From Chlorokybus atmophyticus (taxonomy: Eukaryota > Plantae > Mesostigma and Chlorokybus algae), in NCBI GenBank assembly GCA_009103225.1, contig RHPI01001507.1, positions 478,805 through 542,804 of the forward strand: a DNA stretch of 64,000 nt, in the 5' to 3' direction. Numbering within the stretch: the stretch's first letter is position 1; the number at the start of each line of letters is the position of its first letter. Position numbers and translations under genes: made by a program. A model generated the notes under the pieces. It was not told the origin of the DNA. It saw only the letters and a program-made list of their open reading frames with translations, and did not search any database. This document shows positions 23,840 through 36,500 of the stretch, in pieces.

Positions 23840-24149
23840 NTTACGTCGATTTAAGGTATATAACTTGCGTACATCTGGTGTAACGCGACTACTTAATGAT
23901 AACGCGATCAGTTGCAAATCATTTGTTGGCACGTTACTCGTTTAACATTATAACTTGGACGGTCGACGACGCGTCCACCGTGGAAACTGTGGCGGTGCGC
24001 CGTCATAGCACTTATGAATCATCCATGCACATGTGTATTAAGCGCTTATGTGATGAATGAAGTGAATAATGTGAACTTAAAGGGCCAAAACACACAACCA
24101 TAACATATTACATGCGTAATGATGCGCAGTTCAACGTGTGTATGCTCTT

Positions 24150-24380
24150 GCTGCTAACTCAATAACGGTATCATCCAACATATTAGCGGCTATGCATACC
24201 ACCATGTAATAGCTGCCAGCGGTGTTAACAGTGATAACTAATTTCAGGAGAGTGTATCCAAACGCAAAGTGCATTGACTGATGTATCAATCATGACGCAT
24301 GATGCGTGATGCAAACCCAACATTCCGGAAAAAAGAGGGTAAAATTGTGAGTCAACAAGCCACTTCTATAGACATTGTTG
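24150..24380. repeat. Old dispersed repeat, copy 4
   Basis: aaagagggtaaaattgtgagtcaacaagccacttctatag. Confidence 0.65.
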
Positions 24381-24909
24381 TGTTACATTTCATATCATGA
24401 GCTGCAAGATGTGTCTGACCATAAAATAAGGTGAATATATAATATATTATATATATATGTAAATGTATCATATACGTGTATATGTCATATATACATCTGG
24501 GTAAACATATACTGTATTGTATGAATCTACATGTATATCTCTATGGTCCCTTGTGCCATGTGCACACCGTGCTCATTTCGTGCACTCATTTGCCTTTACT
24601 TGCATAAATTCAGATAATTTCAACTTAGGGGGTGCACTTCTGACGGCCAAGATGTAATCAATCTTGATCCAACGGTAGCACAATATCACTCGTCGCCAGT
24701 CAACTGCATTCGCCAGCCGGCGTTACTGTGTTGCCGTGTAGGCGTGACGCGTTTAGTGACGCATGCGACAGAGGGATAAACGGTCAATCAACACGTGACC
24801 ATACCGTTACTGCTACCGTTAGAAGCAGGGGGCAACGGAATTTGCAGTAACTATCACTTCTGGTTAATGAATAAAAGTTAGATGTATGAAGGTCAAGACG
24901 TTAGACGTA

Positions 24910-25260
24910 CCGCATTTACCCCGATACAAACCCCCCCCTTATACAGTCGCCCCCAGCCGAACCAAAGGGGATTGTGTATCGACGTTATAGCCCCCCCCTT
25001 CATCTTTGTTTTTTCCCCCTGTGAGGGACTGCATTCCCCCTGTGAGGGACTGCATTGTAGGTTATACTGTCACATGTGTGTACATCCATCAATACAATAG
25101 CCCATTAGCTGCATAAGTTAACAGTATATATAATGTTGTAGCTGTACGTACCCATGTTACATGAATATTATTCATACACTACCCATGCTGTTGCTATTTA
25201 ATATGTATTAGAGTTTAATGCACCATAAGGAATATAAATGTATTGATATTAGATAGATGG

Positions 25261-25296
<36 letters not shown>

Positions 25297-25631
25297 CAAT
25301 TGCAAATGATTGCTAGATGTGTCAGAATGTTTTGGAATATATGATGTAATTCACCTTGTGGTTTGAATAATGACACCACAAGTGCAGTGGGCGGCCTACT
25401 CTGGGCCGCTCATTATAGCGAGTCACCGGCAGCAACCTCGCCGCGTTCGAGTTACGGCTGCTAGCGTAGCCTGAACGGATGAAGTACGTCATCCGCCGCA
25501 GGTGACGTATCTAGTTAGTGACTCACGTACAGTCCTACCCGCCCTAATAGACCCCCCCCGGTATACAGTCCCCCCCGGCAAAACCAAGGGGGCTGTGTAA
25601 AAACCGGGGGACTGCATTGGGGTAAATACGG
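24910..25631. mobile_element. 722-bp TA-flanked MITE, Tc1/mariner superfamily (pogo/Tc2-like TIR)
   Basis: TA|CCGCATTTACCCCGATACA ... TGCATTGGGGTAAATACGG|TA. Subterminal repeats (tatacagtccccc / gggactgcatt) occur near both ends. Confidence 0.7.
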
Positions 25632-25799
25632 TAGCTGCAAGGAATGGCGGGATGAACGCCCGCCCGCAGCGCCAGGGCGAGGCTGCAGCGTGCGACGCGA
25701 TCCGGTGTATTACTTGTTGTTGGGAGGGAGTCGCAGATTATGCGACTTCTCGTGCAAGTGACTAACGAGGGTTGTCTAGCCAAAGGCCGTTTAACGGGG

Positions 25800-26704
25800 G
25801 TTGTCTAGCCTTAGTACTTGCACTGTACATGGAGGCATGCGCTTGCATGTGGTGCGTACAACTGGCTTCCACGTCACTCATATTCTGGAGCAGTTTCCAT
25901 CGTGTTTCCGGATCTGGCTGATGTGTCGGTGGAGATAGTGCACAGGTAGTTACAGGTACCGGTTGACGGGTTTTGCCGCCAACCCGCTTCGATACCACGT
26001 TGACAATATTCCTAGACGTACACCGGACATTGCCAATCAGTGTGACCGAAGTAACATCCAATCCTAATCTCCATGCACAATAGATGTCCGATTGGTACCG
26101 GACCAGCAGGCATCTCCGCGCCAGCATGCTGGTATGCGCTTCGATCGTAAGATTCTTGAGTCGGCGCGCTGCGTTGAGTAGGGCGCCAACCCTCGATGTG
26201 TGCTGCATACAAGCCATACAGTACGCAGCTGGCTGATGCATGGTAGGCGACCTTGTCGGGTTAACTGCTGCGCGCCATAGGCACTTGGCAAGGCCCTGAC
26301 AGGACTGGTGGGACTGACCGACGGTGACCGGTGGAACCGGTTTTGAAGCGGACTCCACAGCCTTTACCGGCTTTGCGCGCGTCGTCAGGGTGTGGTCGCC
26401 TGTGCTCGCAGTCGGTCGTGCCAACGACCACCACAGAAGCGCGCAGCCATAGGCCGCCGGCGCTGATGGAACTGCCGTGCCAAGCGGGCTTCTGCACCAG
26501 GCAATTCTACCAGCACATCACGTGACGCACGTGTGTACGCGACGTAGCGAGCACCGAGCAATCTAATCCGTACTTAGATGCGCGCCACTTTATATAGTCG
26601 ACATGTACCTTTGATCTGTTGTACTGAATGCGCGCCACTTTAGATCTCACGTGGGAAAAGAGTCGACTTGCTTGCAAACGATGCTTCGAAAGCAAGGTGT
26701 TCAT
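25800..26704 (-). pseudogene. Possible decayed gene of unknown type
   Basis: Track ORFs 26507-26704, 26261-26497 and 26012-26212 share one frame and are separated by single stops. The frame continues GIEAGWRQNPSTGTCNYLC. Confidence 0.3.
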
Positions 26705-27869
26705 ATTTTAGCGACTTTTCGGTTATCACGAGTATGTAACAGGGTGGCAGGGTAATACCCTACTTCGATAATGGCAGTGCCCTACAGCGTCTGCTGAATG
26801 TCGCTGTGTTAGGAGTGCAATGAAGAAGATGCATGACTCATGCATCCTCTCCATGCGACTCTGGACAGTGTCCTGTCCCCGAAGGCTATGCAAGCCTGTC
26901 ATAATGGCAGGCTAACCCTAGCCTGCCGTGACACTTCATGCACCTTGCATGATGCTGAACCCGTACCAGCAGTCACCCGGCTACCGTGATATTATAATAG
27001 GACAGTCACAGCTGCCTAGATCTACCCTCGCACACAATTGGTACAACGTGACTACAAAGTTTGCAGTGCAAGTAGAGCGAGATTTGGCGCGCGAGCGTAC
27101 GGTATACTGCGTCGGTACGACCGAGTACCTAGTACTAAGCCCGCCTGCAAAAAGCGCAGCACGTGGGTTTCCGCGAAAAGACAGAAGACAGGTCCACCAG
27201 GTAAGCGACAAAAGGGCCTGTTGCCTTGTGACAAGGCTCTAGTACACTGACTGCATGCATAATGCCATGCATGGGTCGGGTGCGATGGATTCCCTGCACG
27301 CCTATTCATGAAACGCAATGTTCGGAGGATTGTGCTTCAGATAGTAGGGGGAACGGGGGGGCCCTAGTAACCCTAATATTCAGTTGCTATCGGGCCCAGT
27401 CATGCACATGGTGAGATTTCGCCACATCCACCGCAGATGAAGCAAACACACAGGAGTTGATCTCCGCAGGAACAGGGACGGGGAAACCCCAACAGTGGTC
27501 ATGGAGGCATGCTCCATGACCACAGTTGGGGTCTCTCAATCACATAGAGGCATGCTGTTTTGTCATGTTTCCGACGCATTACTCGAGGACGACCAATATC
27601 ATAGAACAAAAGATTCCTGCTTATTGAGGATTCAATCATTAGAGCCCACGTTTGCATGTGCGTCGCGAACAGACAGATTCGCCTTTCGTCACAGGTTTAT
27701 GCAAGCCATTATAATTGACGCAAACCATAAAACCAGAGAACCAACTCCCCCAATGAAAGAAAAGAGTGCCAACCTCCAGCCGTGTGTGTGAGCGGAAATA
27801 GTGCCTTGCATGCATACACAAAGATACACTGTGCTGTGGCGGTAGGCGGCGGCGGCTGTGGCGGTGGCG

Positions 27870-29968
27870 ATGTCGTCCGCGATGTTGCCGTCAACCCTGC
27901 GCACGAAGTTCCCCAACTTGAGGGGAGGCTGGGCGCCACCTTGCGGCTGGCCTGACCGCATCCTGGAGGAGGGAGAGGATGATGTGGTGGCGGCGCTGCA
28001 TGACGCAGAGTACCAGGACGCCTCTACCGAGGCGGAGGACGATAACGACGAGAAGACCATGGACGGACAGGACAATGACGGTGACGACAGCGACAGCTCC
28101 GCCCACAATCACAACCACAACAACTACAGCGACCATGACGCCCTTCCCCAACCCCCTGGCGCCATGTATGTCAACCGCAGCGAAACAGTTCAGGTAAGCA
28201 TCCTCATGCCTCAACCCTAATTGCAACGCTTGCAATGCACTGTGACATTGCATACATTACTAAATCTGTCCTGTTTCAGCAAGGTTTAACCCCCCCCCCC
28301 CCCCCTTTAGCTGGGTTTAGTTGCTGTGCATGTCCATGTGCTGCAAGAACAGACAGGGTGTGATGTTACTGTGGTGTTTTCCTTGCATAGTCTCAGTCCA
28401 TGCTTTTGGCATGCAGTATCTTTTGGAGAGGCACTTGAAGCTGCTGGAGAAGTGGCATCTTCCAGGGGATGGCACGCATGAACATCACTCCAACACTGAC
28501 ACACCGTCATCACCATCGACACCAACAACCACCAACACAACCACAACAACATCCACAGCGCTCCCCTCACATAGTGAGTTGTGGCACACTCTCATGCCAG
28601 TGACAACTGTGTGCGAATTGTTGCAGCAACTTTGTCTCATGTGGGTGTCTGCGCTTGTTGTTGCAAACAGATAAGAGGAAGACAGCGTGTTCACCTGAGC
28701 AAACAACACCTTCACGCACGCGGCAGCGTGTTCGCGCGCAGCAGCCAAAAACAGCACAGCAACAGCAACACACACTCTCAACACCCAACACTTCTCCTTC
28801 CACTCAAGAGCGCCCCTACACTCCCCTTACGCACCTCCGAGTTGATGTACCCAACAGCCACAACAGCAACATACAGAAGAACCACAGCAACGACAGCAAT
28901 AACGACGCTACTCTTTTAACCCCGGCGCTGCCAAAAGTGAAGCGACGAGGCGCGTGCATTCGCGTGACCACCCCTAGCGCAGCTGCAGATAGGGTACGCC
29001 GCGGTCGTTGTTGTTGTGGTTGTCGTTATTGCTGGGGTGGTGGTGTTGGTGGTGGCATTAGGTGGTGATGTTGTGAGGCTCAACTTGTCTGTATTTGTGT
29101 CACAGAGGAGGAGAGACCGTATGAATGAGAGGTTTGAGCGGTTGCGCATGATGGTGCCTGGCAATCAGGTGGGTTCGCTGCGTCTTGCTGACACTTATAC
29201 ATAGACTCTAGTACACGCCATCAGTTAGGCCAACAATAGTCACTAACATCTGTCTTCCACAGGGTCTCTCAAGCACACAAATATCCAAGGCAGGTGTGCT
29301 TGACGCTGCTATCGAGTATGTGAAGAAGCTTCAAGCCCTTTCAGAGGTGAGATTACACACGCTCAAGTACATGTACGCTTGCATGCGCACACCCACCCAC
29401 ATATGCGCGTGCATATGCACTGGTCATTGAGTATCTGTTGTAAAGCCTCTAAAGCAACCCTCGCGTGCAGGCGTCCAGCTCCGATGACATCGTGAATGTG
29501 CGAGATGGCAGGGAAGACGGCGTCATGATTGCGCGGATTCGCTATGCTAGCCGCAAGCCCCTGCTTCATGACATCCTTCGCGCTATTGCTGAGCTCAAAC
29601 TCCAGGTCAGAATGAGGTCAACTGATGTCTTCACGTGGCAATGTTATCGACACGCAAACCAACATGCTCCCTCCTCTCAGGTGTTGGATGGAAGGTATGC
29701 TGTTGAGGGCGACAAACTCAAGGGAGATTTTCTCGTCAAAAAGACAGCCGTGAGTGTGTCTGTCGACTCAGCCAAACTCAAAGACACACTCAAGGAGGTT
29801 ATCAACAAGACCACCTCACCCAATAACATACACACGCATAACGACATCAAGCACGAGCCTTCTTCATCAAAGAAGCACTGTATGTATCGGGACAGTGTGT
29901 CCATTTCAGCCAGCAAGTACACAAGTGTACTTAGTGACAACTTCCTGTCCATGCCACCCTGCGCGTGA
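27870..29968 (+). CDS. bHLH transcription factor with a C-terminal ACT-like domain; 7 exons, about 457 aa
   Basis: Exons 27870-28193, 28417-28573, 28671-28993, 29106-29168, 29263-29346, 29471-29605 and 29681-29968 are all GT-AG with consistent phases. The bHLH reads DRRRRDRMNERFERLRMMVP...SKAGVLDAAIEYVKKLQ, followed by ACT-like RIRYASRKPLLHDILRAIAELKLQVLDG. Confidence 0.9.
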
Positions 29969-30647
29969 AATGCGGTACCTGTCTGGCGCAGCAGTAGCAT
30001 AAGTTAGCTGTAGTTGTTGCACACGATATACACAAAGGACTTCATTTCATTCTTTCCCCCTCTGCTGTCGACACGGGTGAGGCACCAGCGGCGGAGTTGT
30101 GTAGGATAATGTAAGGGATAGATGAAGCTGCAGAAGTTGGCAGCAGAATATATGCTGTACATACCAAGATGAGTTAGGTTTTTCTCTGGGAAGGGAGTGA
30201 ATTGGCGACTTGCGCCGTCACTTGTAATACTGTTCACTGTCTGGTGGTCGTGTGATCATGCGTGTGCACAAACCCCTCAGACACCATTCTGTGCGTTTGT
30301 GGCGAGTTCTTATGTTTTGGTATCAAGTCTTTGCACACCGTGTGCAAGTTGGGCTGGTGCTTTTGCAGTCCATGCTGTGTTGGTTTGCTGAAAGCCAAGT
30401 GACTGGGCATGTGTGATGTGACACACGTTGACTGCTTGCAATCTGCATGCATAATAAGTGCAGTAGTTAGTCCGGTATAATCGCTTGTGTCAATACTGCG
30501 CTTCAGTCATATCAGCAATAGGCACTGTGCATAGTCAATCATGGCTGCAGTATGATGTGAAACATACCAAAAGTGACCAATTGTCAACTGATTACGCAGT
30601 GTAAAATGCTAGCATGTTGCACATGTTGTTAACTCTGTACTGCACAG

Positions 30648-31832
30648 CACATGTTGAACACACAAGAACAAGTCACCTCGTACGTCTGGGTTTGTGTCCA
30701 TGTATGGCCAGCAGATTGTTTGTGCACTACAGCGGGTTCAAGGCGTGGCTCTGATGGAGAAGGTGACGACAACCGTGTGTGCAGCTCCGAGTTGGCCACT
30801 ACCATGAGCTGCTCCTATGACGACCATGTCAGACGTCGCAATGCTCTTGGTATGAGGCATGCGCAGCTGACGCGCGCTGACGTGCATAATTGTGTTGCAT
30901 GCACGTTATAGTTGTCTTGCGCTCATAATGTTGGGTTAGCGTCATGGTTGACACTGGGTCCTTGCGATTGTTTGACATAACATATATACGCATAAGAAGC
31001 AAGGCAATATATGGAAAGACAAGAGCGATGATACTTTAAAGCCAACCAGAACGGATATTTTGCATGCTTTGGTTATTAAAGCTAAGTCTTACACCAGAGG
31101 CAGTTACAGGCAGTCTGCATGTCACCTCTTTTGTTGAACGCTTGCAAATAGGAAGAATCTGGTCATTGCAGGTAATTCCACAACCCATTCAACCTTCCGT
31201 CATTACGTTACGTCACGAAACGCAGCTGTGTTACGTTTGGAACACACCACCCGCATGCGTATCTCCTTCAGTGTCACGTGCGCTCACGGCGTTGTAAAGC
31301 ACCAAGCGACGAAAAGGACCATCAAAGTACGGTCTTGTACCAGCAGTGCGCTGTGCCTTTTAGTTCATGGATGTTAATCATTGTAAATGCCAACCTGGCA
31401 AGAAGCGAAGATACCATAGGCTTGGCGGGAACGCTTCATACAAAAGCAGTGTTAACTCTATACTGCGCTGTACGTGCCTACAGAGGCGCTTGTACTCTAC
31501 GTACCATGTCATGACCTCCTGGCCAGGCTAGCTGTCGCCGCTGTGTGTACAGCTAGGAAAAGGCCTGCTCAGCATGCGCTTTTTAGGCTGCCTTCCCTGT
31601 CATGATCGAAGGATATGATGCAGCACAACAGGTTGAAGTGAGGCTTAATGAAGCTGGCAAGGTTTATTTTGAGCCGTACATGTGGTTGATGGCGAGATTG
31701 CTTGTATCCAAAGGGGAGCTGTTGAGGAACTGCTCTCATTGGATACAAGGTGACATGACTCCTCTGACTTTGCTTAAACGGGACTTTTTCCTCTGCGGAC
31801 GCGGTGCTCAAAGACCGCAAGCACTGACTTGA
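30648..31832 (+). pseudogene. Unidentified spliced gene remnant
   Basis: Short AG/GT-bounded segments join in phase as HMLNTQEQVTS-LFVHYSGFKAWL*WRS-SELATTMSCSYDDHVRRRNAL-GNSTTHSTFRHYV-TVTCAHGVVKHQATKRTIK, with an in-frame stop. No family recognised. Confidence 0.3.
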
Positions 31833-33570
31833 TGATAATTCAGTTTAAGTTTGGAGCAGGTTGTCTCGAAAATGTGCACACAATGCTGGTTGAGGTGTCC
31901 ATGTAATAATAAGTCCATGCATAAGCAACATGATAGGTGTTACAAGCGTGACACTCATGCATGCTAGAAGAAGCTGCAAAGTCCACGTATTAATAAGCTT
32001 AAGCAATATGTAATTGATTTTTAATGCTAACTTTTATGTAAGACTCAGTTTGCAACAGTGTAGGTGAATTGTTACGCGCGAGGTCATTGGCAATAGCATA
32101 CCCTCATATGTTTTCGTTAGGTACGTACTATGCAAGATAATATAATATAAGTCACTGGCTTGCTAACTATTATCCATCAGGTTGCATGCACACCTGTGTA
32201 CACAACAGAGCATGCCTCTTGCCTTACCGAACTCTTCTTTGCTCCGTGCATATGCTACCTCAATCTGGGTCCAACTCACATTCGGTTGTACCCACATAGA
32301 CTACGATATTGTCTACATATATATAATACTTTATGTAACGTGCTGGTTAAGCCAAAACACAAATGTGGCTGCCTTTGGCTGTAGGCAACTTGCGCGGCAT
32401 CAGCTATATTGTTATATGCAAGTTTATTTGTATACTATGCAATGGTTGGTCAAGTGCTTTGCACATATGAGCGTTGCCCTTGCGCCAGCTGAAGCTTTGG
32501 CACCGTGCTCATATTGTGTCACCGGCGAGCAAAGTGCGCTACAATGAACGCAAGGGTAGGGGATGCTAGGAATGGTAGCAGCCATGCCCCAACGGCGACC
32601 GCTGCAAACAGTGCCACTAACGACGCAGAATAATGTGACGCTGGCAAAGTGGGTTCAACCCACTCCGGCTAGGCTTCAGTTGGTAACGCAACATGGTCGT
32701 GCTAGTGCGCCGCGTGTAGTGTGATGTTATGTGTGTGGTTCGTTTTGCGTGGTACGTACTGTAGCAGCTTCAACGTGTTAAACAACGTGGCAATGTATTG
32801 TAGTTGAGAAACATGAGGTCAACGCCATAGCTACAAATAGCACAAAGGTTAAGCATGTCATATGATGGTATAAAGGGTCATGACATTGACAATGATCAAT
32901 TACGTGCTTCCATTGTTATGTGCTCCCACTACAACGTAATACCTTACATGACCTTTGAGCACTTCTCAATATAACTTGCAATGGAGCTGCTAGAAAGCGT
33001 GCTCAAGCGGATCATTGGTCCACTCACATGTGCAAGGCATTCATTGCTTGTCCAGAGTAGTTTTGGAGATTTATGTACATGTGAGGTGTGCAAGGGGTAA
33101 GCATAAAAAGTTATAATGTCATCATGAAAGACGTTGGTTTTGAATGCAACCGATTTACTTGTGGTGAGCGCCGTTGTTGCAGCCTAAGCCAATGCGTTGT
33201 TGCCTTGAGACTTCCAAGTTTGTTTACGCCTCATTTGTGACATAGCGCAGGTCATGTGGCTTCCCTCGTCGTTGGACCAATGGCAGCGCCGCCACCATGT
33301 TGCAATGCATGTGCTATGACTGCGTGTCTCTTCTATATCGCGCATGTCGCACATGCAAGCCCCAACTCAAGCACATTAACATACAGCACAGCCAATTTTT
33401 GGTCCTGAGGGTTGTGAATAGCAATATTATGTACATGTACATGCGTAGGCACTGACTCCCGACATTGGGAGCCAGTCCATACACTACAAAGCTAATAAAG
33501 TATAAAGACAAGCTTGCAGGATGTCTCACCAGTGGATACAAACCTCACCTCACCCCTATCCTTGTACACT

Positions 33571-36500
33571 TCATACCTCTTCGTATGCGACAGGCTCTCC
33601 ATCAAAAGGCACCTCGCAACTCAGGTCATAAACCGCATTCGCGACATATCTCAGTCGCGTTACAAACTCTATCAGCAATGCCGCAAACTTGCACAGCGAC
33701 ATGGCCGATATCGCGGCAATGGGATCAGCTTTGGGGCCTTCTGGTTGCAGTAATGACATGCCAGAAAAATTCGCCAACACGGCAGTCGATGATATGTGAA
33801 GAGGAGCGTGCCGGCTGAAAGTTTGTCGCCATGTTGCATAGCGTGAAGCTGCAAAGCGTGCTCTCTTCTCTGCCATTGTGGGCCCTGCCAAGCAACACAT
33901 CAGCACACACTTGTGAAAAAAACTCTGCACGCATGCATGCGCGCCCGTGCCTGCCTATACGTGCGCGCGCATGCATGTCTGGGTGCATGCGTGCACACTT
34001 GTGTGCTTGTATAGTTTTGTGTATGTGCGTGTGCATGCACACAGACACATGCGTGTACATGCACTTTACACCCTTCAGCTTACGCATGTGCACGGCGTGC
34101 ACGCTCACGAGAATGCTTGTGTGCGCATGTGCCTGCGTGGTGCACGTGCTGAGAGCTAAGCTATCATATGCATGCAGCATCATCAATCTGACTGCATGCA
34201 AAATCCCCAATCTTACCAACTCCTGCATGGTTTGATACTCATGGTTGTGTGGCGTTGTGAGCCGCAACTTGTTGCATTGAACTGTACTTCACTCTCGTGA
34301 TCACAAGTCACACTCACCATGTCTTGGTGAAGCAACATTAACAACTCCATTGCTGGTTGCTCTCTTCACCCCAGCACCTCCATTCCCCTCCCTGCTTCCT
34401 TCCCCTTCACATGCCGGCTTCTGCACTGGTCCACCCTCTGTGCGTGCACAATCAATGTGTAACAAATTGTGTAAGTTGTGTCACAAATCCTATACACACA
34501 AGCAGGTACGCCCNNNNNNNNNNNNNNNNNNNNNNNNNNNNNNNNNNNNNNNNNNNNNNNNNNNNNNNNNNNNNNNNNNNNNNNNNNNNNNNNNNNNNNN
34601 NNNNNNNNNNNNNNNNNNNNNNNNNNNNNNNNNNNNNNNNNNNNNNNNNNNNNNNNNNNNNNNNNNNNNNNNNNNNNNNNNNNNNNNNNNNNNNNNNNNN
34701 NNNNNNNNNNNNNNNNNNNNNNNNNNNNNNNNNNNNNNNNNNNNCCGCCACCCAGAGTGATGTCATAACAACCAACTGCAACTCTCCAAGACTGAGCTTC
34801 CCGTACTCAATGACACACGTACACCCAACCCCATCCATCCCAGTGTGCATATCACACGTGCAACGCCAACGCACTGAACAGCAGGGCGGAGTGCTCGCTG
34901 AGGGCCTCCTGCAGGGCGACGGCGGCCTCCTCGGCCTCGCCCAGCAGCGTGTTCGGGTCAGGCGCAGGCCGGTGTTCTGCAAGAGACTTGCCCAGTGCCT
35001 TGAGAACCTGGGTGACAATGAAACGGGATGTGAAGTGTTATGCATGTCAGCGTGCATTTGCCAACATGTATGCGCTGCCGTGAGAGTCAAGCGCCATGCG
35101 TGTGCGTTCGTGTGTGGCTGTGTGTGTGCTAGTACTTGTGCGTGCGCGTGTGCGTACTTGGGATGAGCAGGAGCCGATGCGCAAGAAATGAGGCCGGAAG
35201 AGGTCTCGGAGGGACTCGTCTGCCTGTTGATGGTACAACCAAGGACTTGGTTTCAGCACTCACACAGTGCACGTAGTAATGACGAAAGGCATACCCAACA
35301 TGACAACATACCTGTATTTGGGACCTCAAGCATCCGTCCAGCGCCACTATTCCGTGCAAAGAGTACCTGAGTTCCGCTGCGAGTCCCGCATACCTCGCCC
35401 ACGGATAACCTGCAAGACACAACACAAACACATCCCACGTCACAAAACTAGCATTGCATGTGTGTGCATTTAACAAGTGTGCGCGTATATATGCGTGTGT
35501 CTGTGTACAACACACGCACGCACGCACGCCATGCAACGGTACAGTTGATGTGCGTCACGAATACACGTATGTGTCCCAGCGTGTGTATCAAGTTTGCTTA
35601 TGGATGCTTAACTTGAAGTGGCGTGCGTGTATCTGCACAATACAGCTGTTGTGCCCAACAAACCTGATCTAAATTTCCCGTGTGGGGGTTCCCACCACAC
35701 GCTTAGGAGGAACTTCTCCTCTTGTGTCTTCATGGCAGCTAGGTCGCGGTAGACGGTGTGGGTGATGTCCTCTTTCCTCTTCTTTTGGTTGTTCTTGTTC
35801 TTCTTGTTCTTGTTGTTGTTGTTGCTGTTGTTGTTGTTGGTTGCAAGCTCGTCATTGACATGATCCAACGCCGCCGCGTCGCAGTACAGCGTGACCACCT
35901 GGTCTATGCACTCCGACGCGCTTATGAACGACTTTGTGATGAAACTGTGCAGCTGAGTGCCAGCGAAGACCGGCTTGATCACCACATTGATGCACCTGAT
36001 GAATGAGTAGTTGCATTATATAATCTGTAGTGTCAAGTTCTGCACACGCACACACGTCTATGTTGGCAAACACTTACAAGTACACACCGACAAGCGTGCA
36101 TACTAGTTCGGACATTGTTGTTGTGTGCGTGAGCGAGACAACAACACTTTGTGTGCATGTGCACGCACAATCTGTAGGTCACGCACGCACGCATAGTGTA
36201 TGTATGCGTGTATGAGCATACACACACGTGATCCATGTGTGCGCTTCCACGCACTACCACTCACCCAGCGAGCACAAAGCCCATTACAACCATCGCCAGT
36301 CTCATGGTCGGGACGAGTATGTCCTCGTCGGAGTAGTACCTACCCATGAAGCAACCACACAACTCATCAAGGACAGAGAGCCATCTTTCACCCAACATAT
36401 GTAAGAGATGTAACAGATGCCACTGTACTGTAATGTGTAAACGTACCCGGTCAGTATCAGCAGATGGAACGTCTGTGACGCCATCACCGCCGCATAATTC

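Noticed and set aside
25410-25462. tRNA/SINE-like GTTCGAG B-box
   Set aside because: Only about 50 nt, mismatched T-stem, no D or anticodon arms, no A-box at the proper spacing.
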